This document shows positions 11,848 through 23,660 of a stretch of DNA of 64,000 nt, piece after piece. Below the pieces are notes generated by a model that worked only from the letters and a program-made list of their open reading frames with translations, was not told the origin of the DNA and made no database searches. The stretch's first letter is position 1; the number at the start of each line of letters is the position of its first letter. Location of the stretch: contig NC_067399.1 in the NCBI RefSeq assembly GCF_016432865.1, forward strand, positions 57,102,001 to 57,166,000, read 5' to 3'. Position numbers and translations under genes: made by a program. The DNA is from Antechinus flavipes. Taxonomy: Eukaryota.

Positions 11848-12800
11848 GGGGCGCTCAGACGTCCGCGGGGGCAGCAGTCCGGGCTTTGCGCACCGAGGCC
11901 GGCGCCTGCTCCCGGGCTGTGGGCGCTCTGCGTCCTCGGTGGAGCCGCCTCCATGCACCGAGTGTCCGGGGCGCAGTGTCTTTCCCGGCCGGCGCGCGGG
12001 GGGCGGGAAGGGGGGGCCGGAGCTAGAGACGATCCGCTTGCAAAAGTTTGTGTCTCCGTGCTTGTGAGTGAGTGTGAGTGTGTGAGTGAGTGTGAGCAGT
12101 GTGTTTTCGCCGGGGACGGCTCCCCCCCTCCCCCCGCTCCTCCCTCTCCGTTAGGCTGTGATTGGCGCTGCGGGGAAGGAGCTGATTGCTCTCCTGCTCT
12201 GGCCCCGGAGATCCTGGGACGCTTTGGCAATAAATATATCTTTAATGGGTTTTAATCCGCCGGCTCGAGCGCTCCCCGCCGCCGGAGAGTCTGCCTCGCC
12301 CCCCTTCCCGGAGCCCGCCCGCTCTTTTATTCCGGCGCGGCAGCTAACTTTGTCCATGTGTGCCTCTCGCAAAGTTTGGCTGCGGGCTCGGCGGCAGCGC
12401 CATCGCCATCCTCGCCGGGTCACCACTCGGCTTCCTCCAGGGGCGGCTGCGGCGGCTCCACGAGGTCAGCGCCCGCCCCCCTCTTCCCCTCCGGGCCTCT
12501 GCCGGGCCGCCCTGGCCAGCCGGCTTCCCGGCGCGGGAGGCTCCCGGCGGCCAGCCCAGCTAGAGCGCTCCGGAGATCTGGCAGCCCCCCGGGAAGCGCC
12601 GCGCGCACTGAAGCCGCCCGAGCCGCAGCCGCAGCGGCAGCATGTGCTCGGCCCGGAGCCTGCCAAATCGTTTGGTCATTTCAGTTGGTTGGTTGGTTGG
12701 CTGGGGCGGGGAGGCACGGGGGGAGGGGAGGAGAGGGGGTAGGAAAGAGAGTTGGGGGAGGGGAGAAGAGGTGGAATCCCTCCTGCTAGAAACTCGAGGG
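10880..12800. promoter_or_regulatory. CpG island / promoter of the minus-strand gene
   Basis: Very high GC and CpG density against a CpG-depleted background. CCAAT on the minus strand at 12161-12165, GC box ggggcgggg at 12703-12711, (GTGA/GT)n at 12063-12103, G-tract clusters. Confidence 0.85.
11625..11954 (-). other. Overlapping upstream ORF (109 aa, MEAAPPRTQ...) out of frame with the main CDS
   Basis: ATG at 11954-11952 (ggtgcATGG) is in the frame of the tracked ORF 11625..12230; it stops at 11625, past the main ATG at 11847. Confidence 0.55.
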
Positions 12801-13704
12801 GAGCCATTCGCACGATACGTGATTCTAGTTCTCTTCTCCCTCCCCCTCCCCTTTTATTTATTTATTTTTTTATCTATTTTATGTCTAGCCCCACACAGCT
12901 TCCCAGAATGATTCATTGGCCCAATTAGGGGCTCCTTCCCTCCAGCCCAGGGAAATCTGTCTGAAGGGCCTTCCCCGGGGATCAGCCAAAAATCCATTGC
13001 TGGGCTCTCACTAAAGGTCATTGAGGACAGTGAGGAACCAGGTAAAGACGTCCCTTAAGACTCGGGTTGGACAGCCTTTTCGAGGGGGCCCGCAATATTG
13101 TCTCTTTGCCAAGTAACCCTAGCCAAGATTAAGGATGAAATCACCGCATGCTGTTTAAATGCAGCATTTCTGGTGGCTTGTGTTTTTTGTTTTTCTAATG
13201 TACATCTGTTTAAACATTGTGGAACAAGGCTTGGAAAGATGCTGAGGGCACCAGAGCTCTGGCTGGCCCTAAGGATCCCTCCTAGGAATTTGGAGGTTGC
13301 TTCAGATGGGAAGGGGAGGAGGACAGGGGGGTCAACCCTGTAGGCTGAAGCCTACAGATGGGGGAACTGAGGTCCGGCGAGAAGTGATTTGCTGGCTCAA
13401 GGTCATACAGCTAGTAAGCTGAAATAGCAATTTAGACCCAGGTCCTCCCATTCCAAAGCAAGCTCTTTCCACTGTACTGCAGAATGTTGCATAGAGTCAT
13501 AAGGCTGAATGCTTAATACAGGCACACGGTACTGGCTCCGAATTATTGTGTTGGTTTTTTTTAATAGTAATTTTTTTTTTTTTTGATTAGAGCACTGACC
13601 TTGGAGTCAGGAAATCAGAAGTTCAAATCCAGATTCAGACACAGACCCTATATAGGTCACTTAACTTATCCCAGCCTCAGTTTACTCATTTGTAAAAACA
13701 AGGA

Positions 13705-13780
13705 TTGGGACAGTTAAGTGGCATGGTGGGTAGAGCACCAGCCCTGAAATCAGGAGGACTTGAGTTCAAATCTGGTCTCA
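13705..13780 (+). mobile_element. WSINE1 5' part (runs into gap)
   Basis: gtggcatggtgggtagagcaccagccctgaaatcaggaggacttgagttcaaatctggtctca. Confidence 0.8.
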
Positions 13781-13930
13781 NNNNNNNNNNNNNNNNNNNN
13801 NNNNNNNNNNNNNNNNNNNNNNNNNNNNNNNNNNNNNNNNNNNNNNNNNNNNNNNNNNNNNNNNNNNNNNNNNNNNNNNNNNNNNNNNNNNNNNNNNNNN
13901 NNNNNNNNNNNNNNNNNNNNNNNNNNNNNN
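13781..13930. other. Assembly gap (150 N)
   Basis: N run. Confidence 1.
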
Positions 13931-14596
13931 AAAGCAAGGGTAATAGTAGCTTCTACCTCCCAGGATTGTTGAGTGATCAAAGGAGATAATAGATAAAGGA
14001 CCTTGCAAGTTGTAAATGCAGTTTTTTTTTAAAAGATAAGTTTCTTGAGTTTCTTTAGTTTGATAAAGGAGAATATTCTTTGTGTTTATATTCACCTTTA
14101 ATAATTTAAATTACCATCTCTTAAGTTCCCTTACATTTCTTCTCTGATATTGTAATTTTAAACTAGTATTAACAGGCTTTATTCAGTCTAATATAATAAG
14201 AAGAATGCTAAACTGGTAGTCAGAGTCTTGGATTCTAATCCCTGTCAACTGTGTGAATTTGGAAACAGCATCATCCTCATCTCAACCACCACCACCACAA
14301 AAATCATCATTATTATCCCTAGCAATTAGTGGCAACTAAGTGGCACAAGCTAGAGTACTAGACTCTGGAGAGCTGAGTTCAAATATGGTCTCAGACATTT
14401 AATAGCTGGATGACCCTAAGCAAATTAGTTTTCTCATCTGTAAAATGGGAATAATAATAGCACTTACCTCCCAAAGTTGTTGTGAGGGTCAAAGGAGCTA
14501 ATATTTGTCAAGCACTTTGCAAACTTTAAAGTCCTATAAATTATTTACTTATTATAAGTATGATTACCAAAATTTGTTGTGAAGATCAAATGAGAT

Positions 14597-14734
14597 TAAT
14601 TTCCCCCCCTGAGGTAATTGGGGTTGTGATTTATCCAGGGTCACACAACTAGGAAGTATTAAGTATCTGAGGCCAAATTTGAACTCAGGTCCTCCTGACT
14701 TCAGGGCTGGTGCTCCATCCAAGTAGCTGCCCCA
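14597..14734 (-). mobile_element. WSINE1 inserted in a MIR, with a 10-bp TSD caaatgagat
   Basis: Reverse-complemented WSINE1 body; TSD at 14587-14596 and 14735-14744. Confidence 0.8.
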
Positions 14735-15991
14735 CAAATGAGATATTTTAAAGTACACTTAAATTACTGAAATTTATTGTGAGATATTTTAAAGTACCAT
14801 TTAAATTTTAGTAATAATACTAATAGTAACTAGATAATTTATAGCACTTCAAAGTTTGCAGAGTGCTCGACAAATGTCTCTTTTGATCCTCACTACAACC
14901 CTGGGAGGTAAGTGCTATTATTATTCCCATTTTACAGACAAGGAAACAGACACATCATTTCCCATCTCTCATTGTTCTCATCTGTGAAATGAAAAGATTG
15001 GATCCTCCATCTCTGCTCATTCCAGGAAATTCTAGTTCACTCACTGTAATCCCGCAGCTAATTATGAAATCGCCACAAAGGATAATACTTATTACATTAA
15101 GAACCCACATGTACAAGACAGATCACAATCCCTCTTCAGAAAAAGAACCATGATTGTCATCCTTTATCACTGCAATTTGATTACAACAGGTATATATCTC
15201 CATCATTGGATCCAAACTCAGTTTTCCAGCATGGTAGGATTCCAGAGGACTTAATACTAGAAATCAACACATTTATTAAGTGATAACTGTGTACCTAGGT
15301 CTTGAGGGTACAAAGATTTTTTAAAATGGCATCCCCTTGGACTAAATAGAGCTTTTTATTCTATTGAAAAGGCTGCAGCATGATGAGATGAAGGCAAGAG
15401 TGCCATCGTGAGAGTCTGAGGCAAGTCAGAGAGAATCAGTAGTAATTTTGTGGGATGAGCCATCTTGATAGGAGCACCTGGGGCCAATCCCATTCTAGGA
15501 AATCCTGAGAGCTTCAGGACCTGGATAATGTTGAAAATATTTCAAGAAGGGACCTTAGCCCTCCAAAAGCATTCAGGCTAACAAGAATTTTAAGAATGGA
15601 CTAAGTTGTGTTTACACAACAAATATATGAGAAAGGCTTGCCTGGGAACCCATATTCGGTCAAACATCATTGCCCTGCCCCCTCTTCCCAACTGTCCTAT
15701 CCATTTATTGTATTTCTCCATGGAGTTTGGGATCCCTAGCATCAACAATATTTCTAAGTGTCTTGTTAGTTCTCTTCACCCCTCCTGCTGCCAACTTTCT
15801 CTGCTTTCCTTTATGTCTTCTCTCTGTGACTTATGTGGTTGCAGTAAGCAGTTCTCTTTAGCACCTAAGAAAGTCACTAACGGGAAAAGGGACTTTTCCC
15901 TTCTCTCCTTGGCAGGTGCCAACTATAAGTGTAATATCTGTAGAGACAAACATCTCAGAGGGCTATATTTTCTCCTCTGAGTAGTATAATT

Positions 15992-16189
15992 TTCAGGGCT
16001 CCAAGGCCACCTCCAAGCCTTGAAACATAAGCAGAGGATCAATGGGGAGAAATAACGATGATAGTCATCCTGGGCCCCACCTGTAAAACATTCAGGACTC
16101 CAAGGCCACGTCCAAGCCTTGAGATATAAGCAAAGGACCAGTGGGGAGAAATAACGATAATAGTCTTCCGGGCCCCATCTATAAAATAT
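15992..16189 (+). repeat. ~99-bp tandem duplication (2 copies)
   Basis: ttcagggctccaaggccacctccaagccttg... at 15992 repeats at 16091; about 12-13 differences. Confidence 0.9.
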
Positions 16190-16354
16190 GCGTTTAGTTC
16201 TAGCTGGCCTATACGGTACCTTCCCACCTCTAAATCTATCATTTTCCGACGGTCTCTATTTCATATTGTGATTTACCAAAAAAAATCTCTAAATCTTTAC
16301 TTAGATGATTTCATCTGATGTGGGGCAGACCACATACTATAATCATTATTTTTT

Positions 16355-16490
16355 ATTAAAGTTTTTTTTTTATTTTCAAAACATATGCGTGGACAATTCT
16401 TCAACATTAGCTCTTGCGAAACCTTGTGTTCCAATTTCCCCCGTCTTCCCCCCACGCCCTCCCCTAGATGGCAAGTAGTCCAATATAATC
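16355..16490 (-). mobile_element. Dasyurid L1 3'-end fragment
   Basis: tttattttcaaaacatatgc...aaccttgtgttccaattt...ctagatggcaagtagtccaatat. Confidence 0.7.
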
Positions 16491-16549
16491 ATCATTATTT
16501 TTTAAACATAAGAAAAACAAGGCCCAAGGAGGTTAGGCCACAGCCCGTA

Positions 16550-17060
16550 AGTGTCAAAGACGGGATTTGAACTAGATTATCGGGACTGCCAATCTTCATC
16601 CCCAGCCACGCTGCTCCGAGACCAGGCCGGTGGGGAGGAACGCCTGCCCCCGGGCGCACACACAAAAATGCGAAGGCTCAGCAACATTTTCTCCCAGTGG
16701 AATGTCAGCGAGGGGGATGGGGCTCTTGCTTTTTTAGCGCCTGGAAATGGGAAGAAACGTTCAGGCTGCCTCTGGTGGGGGAACTGTCTCCACTCCGCGT
16801 TCAACAAAGCACTTTGTTTCTTACTCTTCCGATTCGGTTATTCTGTATTATAGTTACTGGAGAACGTAGCTCGTCCCCTTTTGGGACTCAGCTCCGTGGG
16901 GATGCAGCCTAACTCCCAGGGTTATTATGGGCAATGACAATGTTTCTAGAGGGCTTTAAAAACCCATGGAATACTTGTTTCCCATCAACCTCAACGTCAC
17001 GTCGACTGGTGGGCAATATTTTTGTGCCCATTTTTTCAGAAGCGGGACCTGAAGCTCAAA
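16550..17060. promoter_or_regulatory. CpG-retaining putative enhancer with a palindromic SOX-type site
   Basis: Many CpGs in non-repeat DNA; AACAAAG-CA-CTTTGTT at 16803-16818. Confidence 0.45.
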
Positions 17061-17519
17061 AAACGAACTGATCTCACCATGCTCAAATGACTCGTTATTG
17101 TCCAGTGTACAATTTGAATTCAGGTCTCCTGACTTCCAGTTTGGCTCTTGGTTACTTGTTACTTCTCAGACCTTAATGTAATGTGAGCTATTAGTATAAT
17201 GAGACCATAGCTCTTGGTTTATCTAAACTTTGTATTTCCTTAATCCCCTAGGTGCTTAATAAGCGGGTGTTGAATTATTTATCTTAATTTGCCACTTAAA
17301 TAAATGCAAGAGGTGGCCAGGATTTCTGAGTGTCAAGAAATCCCGCTCTCCCCAAGGCATCCGTGGGTCCGTCTCTGTATTCAGTGCCCTCTCACAGTCA
17401 GGCAAAGAATAAGACAGAGGATGTTTCAGATTGATGTTATTTTACATTGACACTGAATATCTCTTCTTAGTACATAGTCGTTTCCATATTATTGCCTCCA
17501 TTAGAATTTGAGCTCTTAG

Positions 17520-17590
17520 GTGGTGCAGTGGATAGAGCACCAGCCCTGAAGTCAGCTATCCCTAAGTTCAAATCTGGTCTCAAAAAAAAA
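17520..17590 (+). mobile_element. Short WSINE1 head-only retroposon with A-tail and a 17-bp TSD
   Basis: TSD agaatttgagctcttag at 17503-17519 and 17590-17606, flanking gtggtgcagtggatagagcacc...aaatctggtctc(A)n. Confidence 0.8.
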
Positions 17591-17624
17591 GAATTTGAGC
17601 TCTTAGAGGGCAGTGATAATGCTT

Positions 17625-18020
17625 TTGGATATATATATATATACACATATATATACATATATATACGTATATATATATATATATTCCTTTGCTTAGCACA
17701 GTGCTTGGTATGTATTAAAATTATAAATAAATGTCTTTGCATCCTTCCTATTTTCTTCCTTCTCCCTTTCTTTCCTTCTTTTCCTTTTTCTCTCTCTTCT
17801 TTCCTCTTTTCCTCCTCTATTCCTCCCCTTTTTTCCTTTTCCTTTTCTTTCCTCTCTTCTGTCTCTCTCTCCCTTCCTTCTTCTCTTTCCTTTCTTTCTT
17901 TCCTTTCTCCTGTCCTTTCCTCCTTCCTTCATTCATTTCCTCTTCCATTCTGACTCTTCCTTCCCTTTTCTTTCTTTCCTCCCCTACTTTTCCTCTCTCT
18001 TTTACTACCTTTTTTCCTTC
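17625..18020 (+). repeat. (TA)n plus a long polypyrimidine low-complexity tract
   Basis: Direct inspection. Confidence 0.9.
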
Positions 18021-18169
18021 CCACCTTTCTTATGACTTGGGATCTATTTGTGGATCAAGCACATCACCAGTCATTCTAGGGTTTCAGAAAGAATAAAAGG
18101 TTGGTGCATTTAAAATTGCAGGAAATATAGGTGCAAAGAGACACTCAATATAATCTAGGGCAAGGATTC

Positions 18170-18930
18170 TTAATCTTATTATTATTATGTCCAGCTTGTT
18201 TATTTTTAGATTTTGTGATGTTTTTATAATAGCTCTTTATTTTTATATATGGCAAAGATAATTTTCAGCATTCACCCTTGCAAAATCTTGTGTTTCTCAT
18301 TTTTCTCCCTCCTCTCCCCCCTCCTCTAGGCAGCAGGCAATCCAATATAGGTTAAACATGTGCAATTCTTGTAAACATATTTCTATATTCATCATGCTGC
18401 ACAAGAAAAATCATATCAAAAGGAGAGAAAACACAAGAAACAAAGAGAAAAACAAAAAAAAATAACAGCAACAAAGGTTAAATGCTTTCTTTGATCCATA
18501 TTCAGTTTCCATAGTTCTCTCTCTTTCGCTACCGATGGCACTTTCTGTCCCAAGTCTATTGGAACTGGCCTGAATTATCTCACTGTTGAAAAGAGCCCTA
18601 TCAGAATTGATCATCCCATAATATTGATGTTGCCATAAGTAATGATCTCCTGGTTCTGCTCATTTCACTTTGCATCAATTCATGTAAGTCTCTCTAGGCT
18701 TTTCTGAAACCATCCTGCTGATGGTTTCTTATAGAACAATAATATTTCATTACATTCATGTGCCATAACTTATTCAGCCATTCCCCAATTGGTGGGATAT
18801 TCCACTCCATTTTCAGTTCCTTGCTACAAACATTGCTGTGCAGGTAGATCCTTTTTTCCTTTTTTATGATCTTTTTGGGATACAGACCCAGTAAAGACAC
18901 TGTTAGAGCACAGTTTTATAGCCCTTTGGG
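18170..18930 (-). mobile_element. Dasyurid L1 3' region
   Basis: ttttcagcattcacccttgcaaaatcttg...tgctgcacaagaaaaatca...aacttattcagccattccccaattg. Confidence 0.8.
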
Positions 18931-19794
18931 TATATTAATGCTTCTTAATCTTGTTCATATCAGGTGCCCTTTTGGAAGACTGGGAAAGTGTATTACCCCC
19001 TTCTCAGAATAATAGTTTTAAATAATTGAAGGAAGGAAATACTAAATTTTAGACTGAATTTAATGAAAATGACGATGAAAGTTTTTCCCTATCCAAGTTC
19101 ATGATCTCCTGAAACCTATCCATTATCCCTGTGGTGTTCTGTCAATCCCGGGTTAAAAATCATATCCCCCAAACCTCATTTTATAGAAAACTGTCCAGCA
19201 AAGACATTGCTAGTAAGGACTCGGGATGAGTAAGAAACAAGGCTCATTCCAATTTGGACCAACTTGTTCCAAATTGAGCAGGCTTTTTGTTTCATCCTTC
19301 TGCCTTTTTCAAACCAAGATGCTTTAAGAAGACACGCATATGTGAAATAACATGAATTACTTCATGTGCAAACTAACCAGGGGAGGAGATCATATTCATT
19401 AGGGTGAAAGTAAACATACAATCAGCCCTTTGGTTTACCTTGTTAGCCTATCATTTGAGGCCCACCATCACCCAATGACCACAAGAAGGAATTTCTCTTT
19501 CTTTTCTGAATTCCCAGCCTCTTTCTAGACAGTTATTGACTTTTTTTCTCTGATCTCCCATAGAATTTTGTTGTTTGGGGTTTTTTACCTTTCACCTTCC
19601 CTTATGTAAAAATAAGCAGTGGAGATATTTGTGTTTTTATCTTACTCCCTTGCAAGGCTATAAAACTGCATGAAGCCAAGTACCATATCTTATATGTTTG
19701 TTTCTTTTAAATCCAGGCCTTGATACAATTGGCACAAATCCATCCAAAAACATAAAAAATTATAAAAACATAAGGAACATTACAAAGTTACTTT

Positions 19795-19975
19795 AGAATA
19801 TACCAAAAGTCTTAGTGCATTTTTAAACTTTAATAACTTCAGAAGTATAAATATTGCAAGCTTATCAAAAATTATTTGACAATTTAATTATTTAATTTCT
19901 GTCACACTTATTTGCTTTTGTAAATTTGAAAAAAAAATTTACTTTAAATTTAACAATACAGGGCACCCTTTTATA
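19795..19975. mobile_element. Tc1/mariner-like non-autonomous element
   Basis: ccaaaagtcttagtgcatttt and tacagggcaccc TIR-like motifs. Confidence 0.45.
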
Positions 19976-20379
19976 TATTGCATGATATATTTAAGTGTGT
20001 CTAATCTACTGAACAGACTGTGAACTTAAGTATTGAAGTTATGTGACTAAGGGGGAACAATATTAGTTTGAGAAGATTTTATTAGGGCCAGAGGACTTAG
20101 ATTCAAAACTTGTCTCTGGAAGGACCTTCCCTTAACATGGTAAGGAATATATATATATATATATACGAAGACCAATATTAAATTTAATGAGAGTAAATGA
20201 GAAGCTTTTTCAATAAGATCAGAGGTTAAGGAAAGATTTCCATCATCACCATTATTATTTGATATATCCAGACAGTCGATAAACATTTATTGGAAGCATT
20301 ATGTGGCAGACACTTCACTATAGTGCTAGAAATGCTAGCTCTAGCAATAAGTCCATCTTCCTCAAAAGAAAGAAATTGA

Positions 20380-22620
20380 ATCATTGGTGAATAAGAAACA
20401 AAATAATCACTTTTTGTAGATTATATGATGGTTTACTTAGAAAACTCTAGAGAATCAACTAAAAACCAAAACAATAATCAGCAACATTGCAGAATATAAA
20501 AATAAATCCAAACAAATCATCATTTCTATATATTACCAATAAAACCCCACAGCAAAGGATAAGGAAAATCAATTTAAAATAGATATTGAATGCACAAAAT
20601 TTTTGGGGAGTCTACGTACAGATACACAAAGAAACTATGTGAATACAGCTATAAAATAGTCTTTGCAAAAATAAAGTGCTAAATGATTAAAGAAATATTA
20701 ATTACTTATGGGTAGGTCAATCCAATATAATACAAATGACAGTACTGCCCAAATTACTTATTCAGAGATATAATATTCAAATACCAAAAGATTACTTTGT
20801 AGAGCTACTTAAAATAATACATTTAATATGGAAAAGGAAAAGATTAAGAATTTAATATTTTTAAGGTGGTAAGGAAGGATGAGTAATAGTTCCAGGTCTC
20901 AAAATATACTGTAAAGTAGTGCTCAAATCAAATGATTTTTTGGTGGTTAAGAAATAGTCAGTGGAAGAGATTAGGTGCACAACATAGAAGCCAATGAACA
21001 TGGAAGCCTAGTGTTTTATATACTCAAATATTTCAGCTACTGACAATGGATTGAGTTTTTCAGTCTTTGTCAAACTCCATTTGAAATTTTCTTGACAAAG
21101 ATACTCGAGTAGTTTGCCATTTTTTTGTCTAGCCCATTTTAAAATGAGAAAATGAGGTAAATAGGATTATATGATTTGCCTAGGATCACATAGCTAAGCA
21201 ATGTCTGAGGCTTCATTTGAACTCAGGGAGATGAGTCTCCCTGACTTTAGGCCACTAGACCACTTGGCTGTCTCTAGCTACTAGAATAAAAAGTCACTAT
21301 TATATAAATACTGCTAGAAAAACTGAATAGCAGTCTGACAAAAATTGGTAAAGACCAACATAAAGCTCCAAATAAATACGTGATTCAGATACAAAAGTTG
21401 ACATCATAAGCAAATCAGAGACTCAACCAGGTCTATAGATATGGGAACATTTTATCTCCTCCCAGTTAATTTTATTATTTTTATTAGCTTTATAAATAAT
21501 CCTTTAGTGTAATAATAATTTAGTCATTGTAGTAAACTAATTTGGATAACATTATCAACCACACAAGGAATAGAGAGGATCCCAGAAGATAAGACAGACA
21601 ATTTTGATTATATGCAATTGAAATTTCTGCTCCAATAAAACCTACATACCTAAAATTAGAATGGAAACTTGTAACTGCAGAGGGAAAAATCTTTGCAACA
21701 AGTTTATCTTATAAGCGTGTCATTCACAAGATTTATAAAGTACCTGAATCAAGTTTATAAGTCATTTCCCATTTGATAAATGTTTGTGGCAAAAATACTT
21801 TTCAAAGAAAGAAATCCAAGTTCTAAATAGCCATAGGGAAAAAAGACCAAATAATTTTTTAATGCAAATTAAAGCAACTCAGAGATTCTGTATCACATCC
21901 ATCAAATTGGCAAAGTTAACCAAAAAAAAAAAAAAAGGAAAATTACAAATGCTTAAAGGGACTGTGGGGAAACAGAGCATATTAATATGTGCTTTGTAAA
22001 GCTGTGAATTGGTAGAGCCATTCTGGAAAACAGTCACTGAACTATGCATAACTTTTGGTCCAATAATACCATTACTAGACTTAAAGCCCAAGAAGATCAA
22101 ACAAGAGAAGAGCCTATATGTACACAGATATTTTTTTAAAATTCTTTTTGTGGAACTGGAAGAACTGGAGAATAAGGGGACACACATCAATTGGAGAATA
22201 ACTGGGGAAAAATACATATATGAATGTAATGGGATGCTAATACACCGTAAGAAATGATGGAAAAGGTGGTTTTGGTGACATATAAAGGGAATCGTATGAG
22301 TTGATGTCAAATGAAGAAAAGAAATTATTGTACAAGGACAATAATTTATATAGTAGATAATATAAAAGCAAACAATTTTGAAAAGTTTAAGAACTTTGGT
22401 CAATGCAGTGATCAACTATGACTGAAGAATGTCAAGCATTTAGCCAGCTACTCATCTCCTAACAGAAAAGTGATGGATTCAGGTCAAAAAATAAGACATA
22501 TTTTTGAAAATGACCAATGTGGGAAATTTTTTTGTTTTTTTTTTTTTAATTTTGCTTAATTAGGCCAATTTTTACAATTTTTTTCTTAATTATAGTGGTG
22601 GCTTAAGGGGGGAGGAATCT
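20380..22620 (+). mobile_element. Degenerate L1 ORF2 and 3' region
   Basis: From 20407 it translates SLFVDYMMVYLENSRESTK (cf. L1 RT SLFADDMIVYLENP); later VEPFWK and TFGPIIPLLDL are L1 ORF2 C-terminal motifs; multiple stops and frameshifts. Confidence 0.85.
21042..21275 (-). mobile_element. MAR1-type SINE nested in the L1 (TSD agctact)
   Basis: aaagatactcgagtagtttgccattt tail; TSD at 21035-21041 and 21276-21282. Confidence 0.7.
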
Positions 22621-23329
22621 ACTTTGGTTCATTGTTGTAATCAACTAAGACCATAGGTTGCAGAGAATATAGCAATCTGCATTGCTGGAGAGTTTCCAGT
22701 TCTTACAACAATGAAATGACAGATCTACTTATCTTTATCCCTAATATTATAATTTTTAAAACTTGAAATCTTGTGCCTCCCAAGATCTTGATCCATCCTG
22801 GATCCACATATTTTCATCTGTAAAGTGAAAGAGATTAGATGATTTTTTAGGTTTTTTTTTGCCTAGGTCCAAAATTCTCTGATTTTAATTTTGTGATATA
22901 ATCTTCATCTTCATTTCCCACTTTGCCCCTCCAACCTTTAGAGCAGGATCTGAGTTTACTTTTATTTCTATAGTTTTTAAATCCGCTACAGGTTGTAATA
23001 TCTTGATAGCTTGCAGGGTGTTAAGAAAAAAGACAGTTTCTAGGATTTTTTTAAACTATGTTACCTGTTGAAGAAGCTCTGATTTATATTCTGCTAGATC
23101 TCTGATTTCAGCTGCTGAGGGAAAGGGGCAGAATGGGAGAATTCCCAGGATTTTTATTGAAGGTCACAGAGGCTATTTGGAATAGATCCTGGTACCAGCT
23201 CATTTTACAGATGAAGGAATTGAGGAAAACAGAGTGAAGTGATTTGTCCAGGGTCAAACAGCTAGTATCTGAAGTCGGATTTGAATTCAGGTCTTTCTGA
23301 TTCCAACTCCAGTGTCTGTACTGCTCCGG

Positions 23330-23660
23330 AGGGGATGGATTTGATCCAAAGGATCTTGGGAAGCAGAATATACAAGACTTGGCAACTGAGATTATATGAG
23401 AAGGAAAACAAAGAGTCAATGTTGGACACTAAAGTTGTGATGCTGCTCAGAAGGAAGATGGTGGCCTGAACATAAAAAGAGAATTTTGGAGGAGATCAGG
23501 TTTTGAGAATATATGTTCTGCTTTGGACCTGAGCTTGAGATGCCTCTGGAACATCTGGAGAGACAGCCAGCAGGCACTTAATGATAGAGACTAGGGTCTC
23601 CAGAAAGAAAGAAGGGCTACATAGAATTGGAGGCTTCAGATGGATGCATGGACTTAGACA
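23330..23660 (-). mobile_element. L2 fragment
   Basis: gacttggcaactgagattatatgag...tgagcttgagatgcctctggaacatctgg. Confidence 0.6.

Noticed and set aside
11956-11958. ORF-track 'Met1' of the 952-aa protein
   Set aside because: The codon is GTG, not ATG; the first in-frame ATG is at 11847
11137-12255. 372-aa plus-strand ORF and other long ORFs overlapping the CpG island (e.g. 11363..12067, 12158..12742, 9850..10419)
   Set aside because: Antisense or alternate-frame shadows of a GC-rich coding exon and island; Ala/Arg/Pro/Gly-rich with no recognisable domains
21879-22415. 178-aa minus-strand ORF
   Set aside because: Antisense to a decayed L1 ORF2
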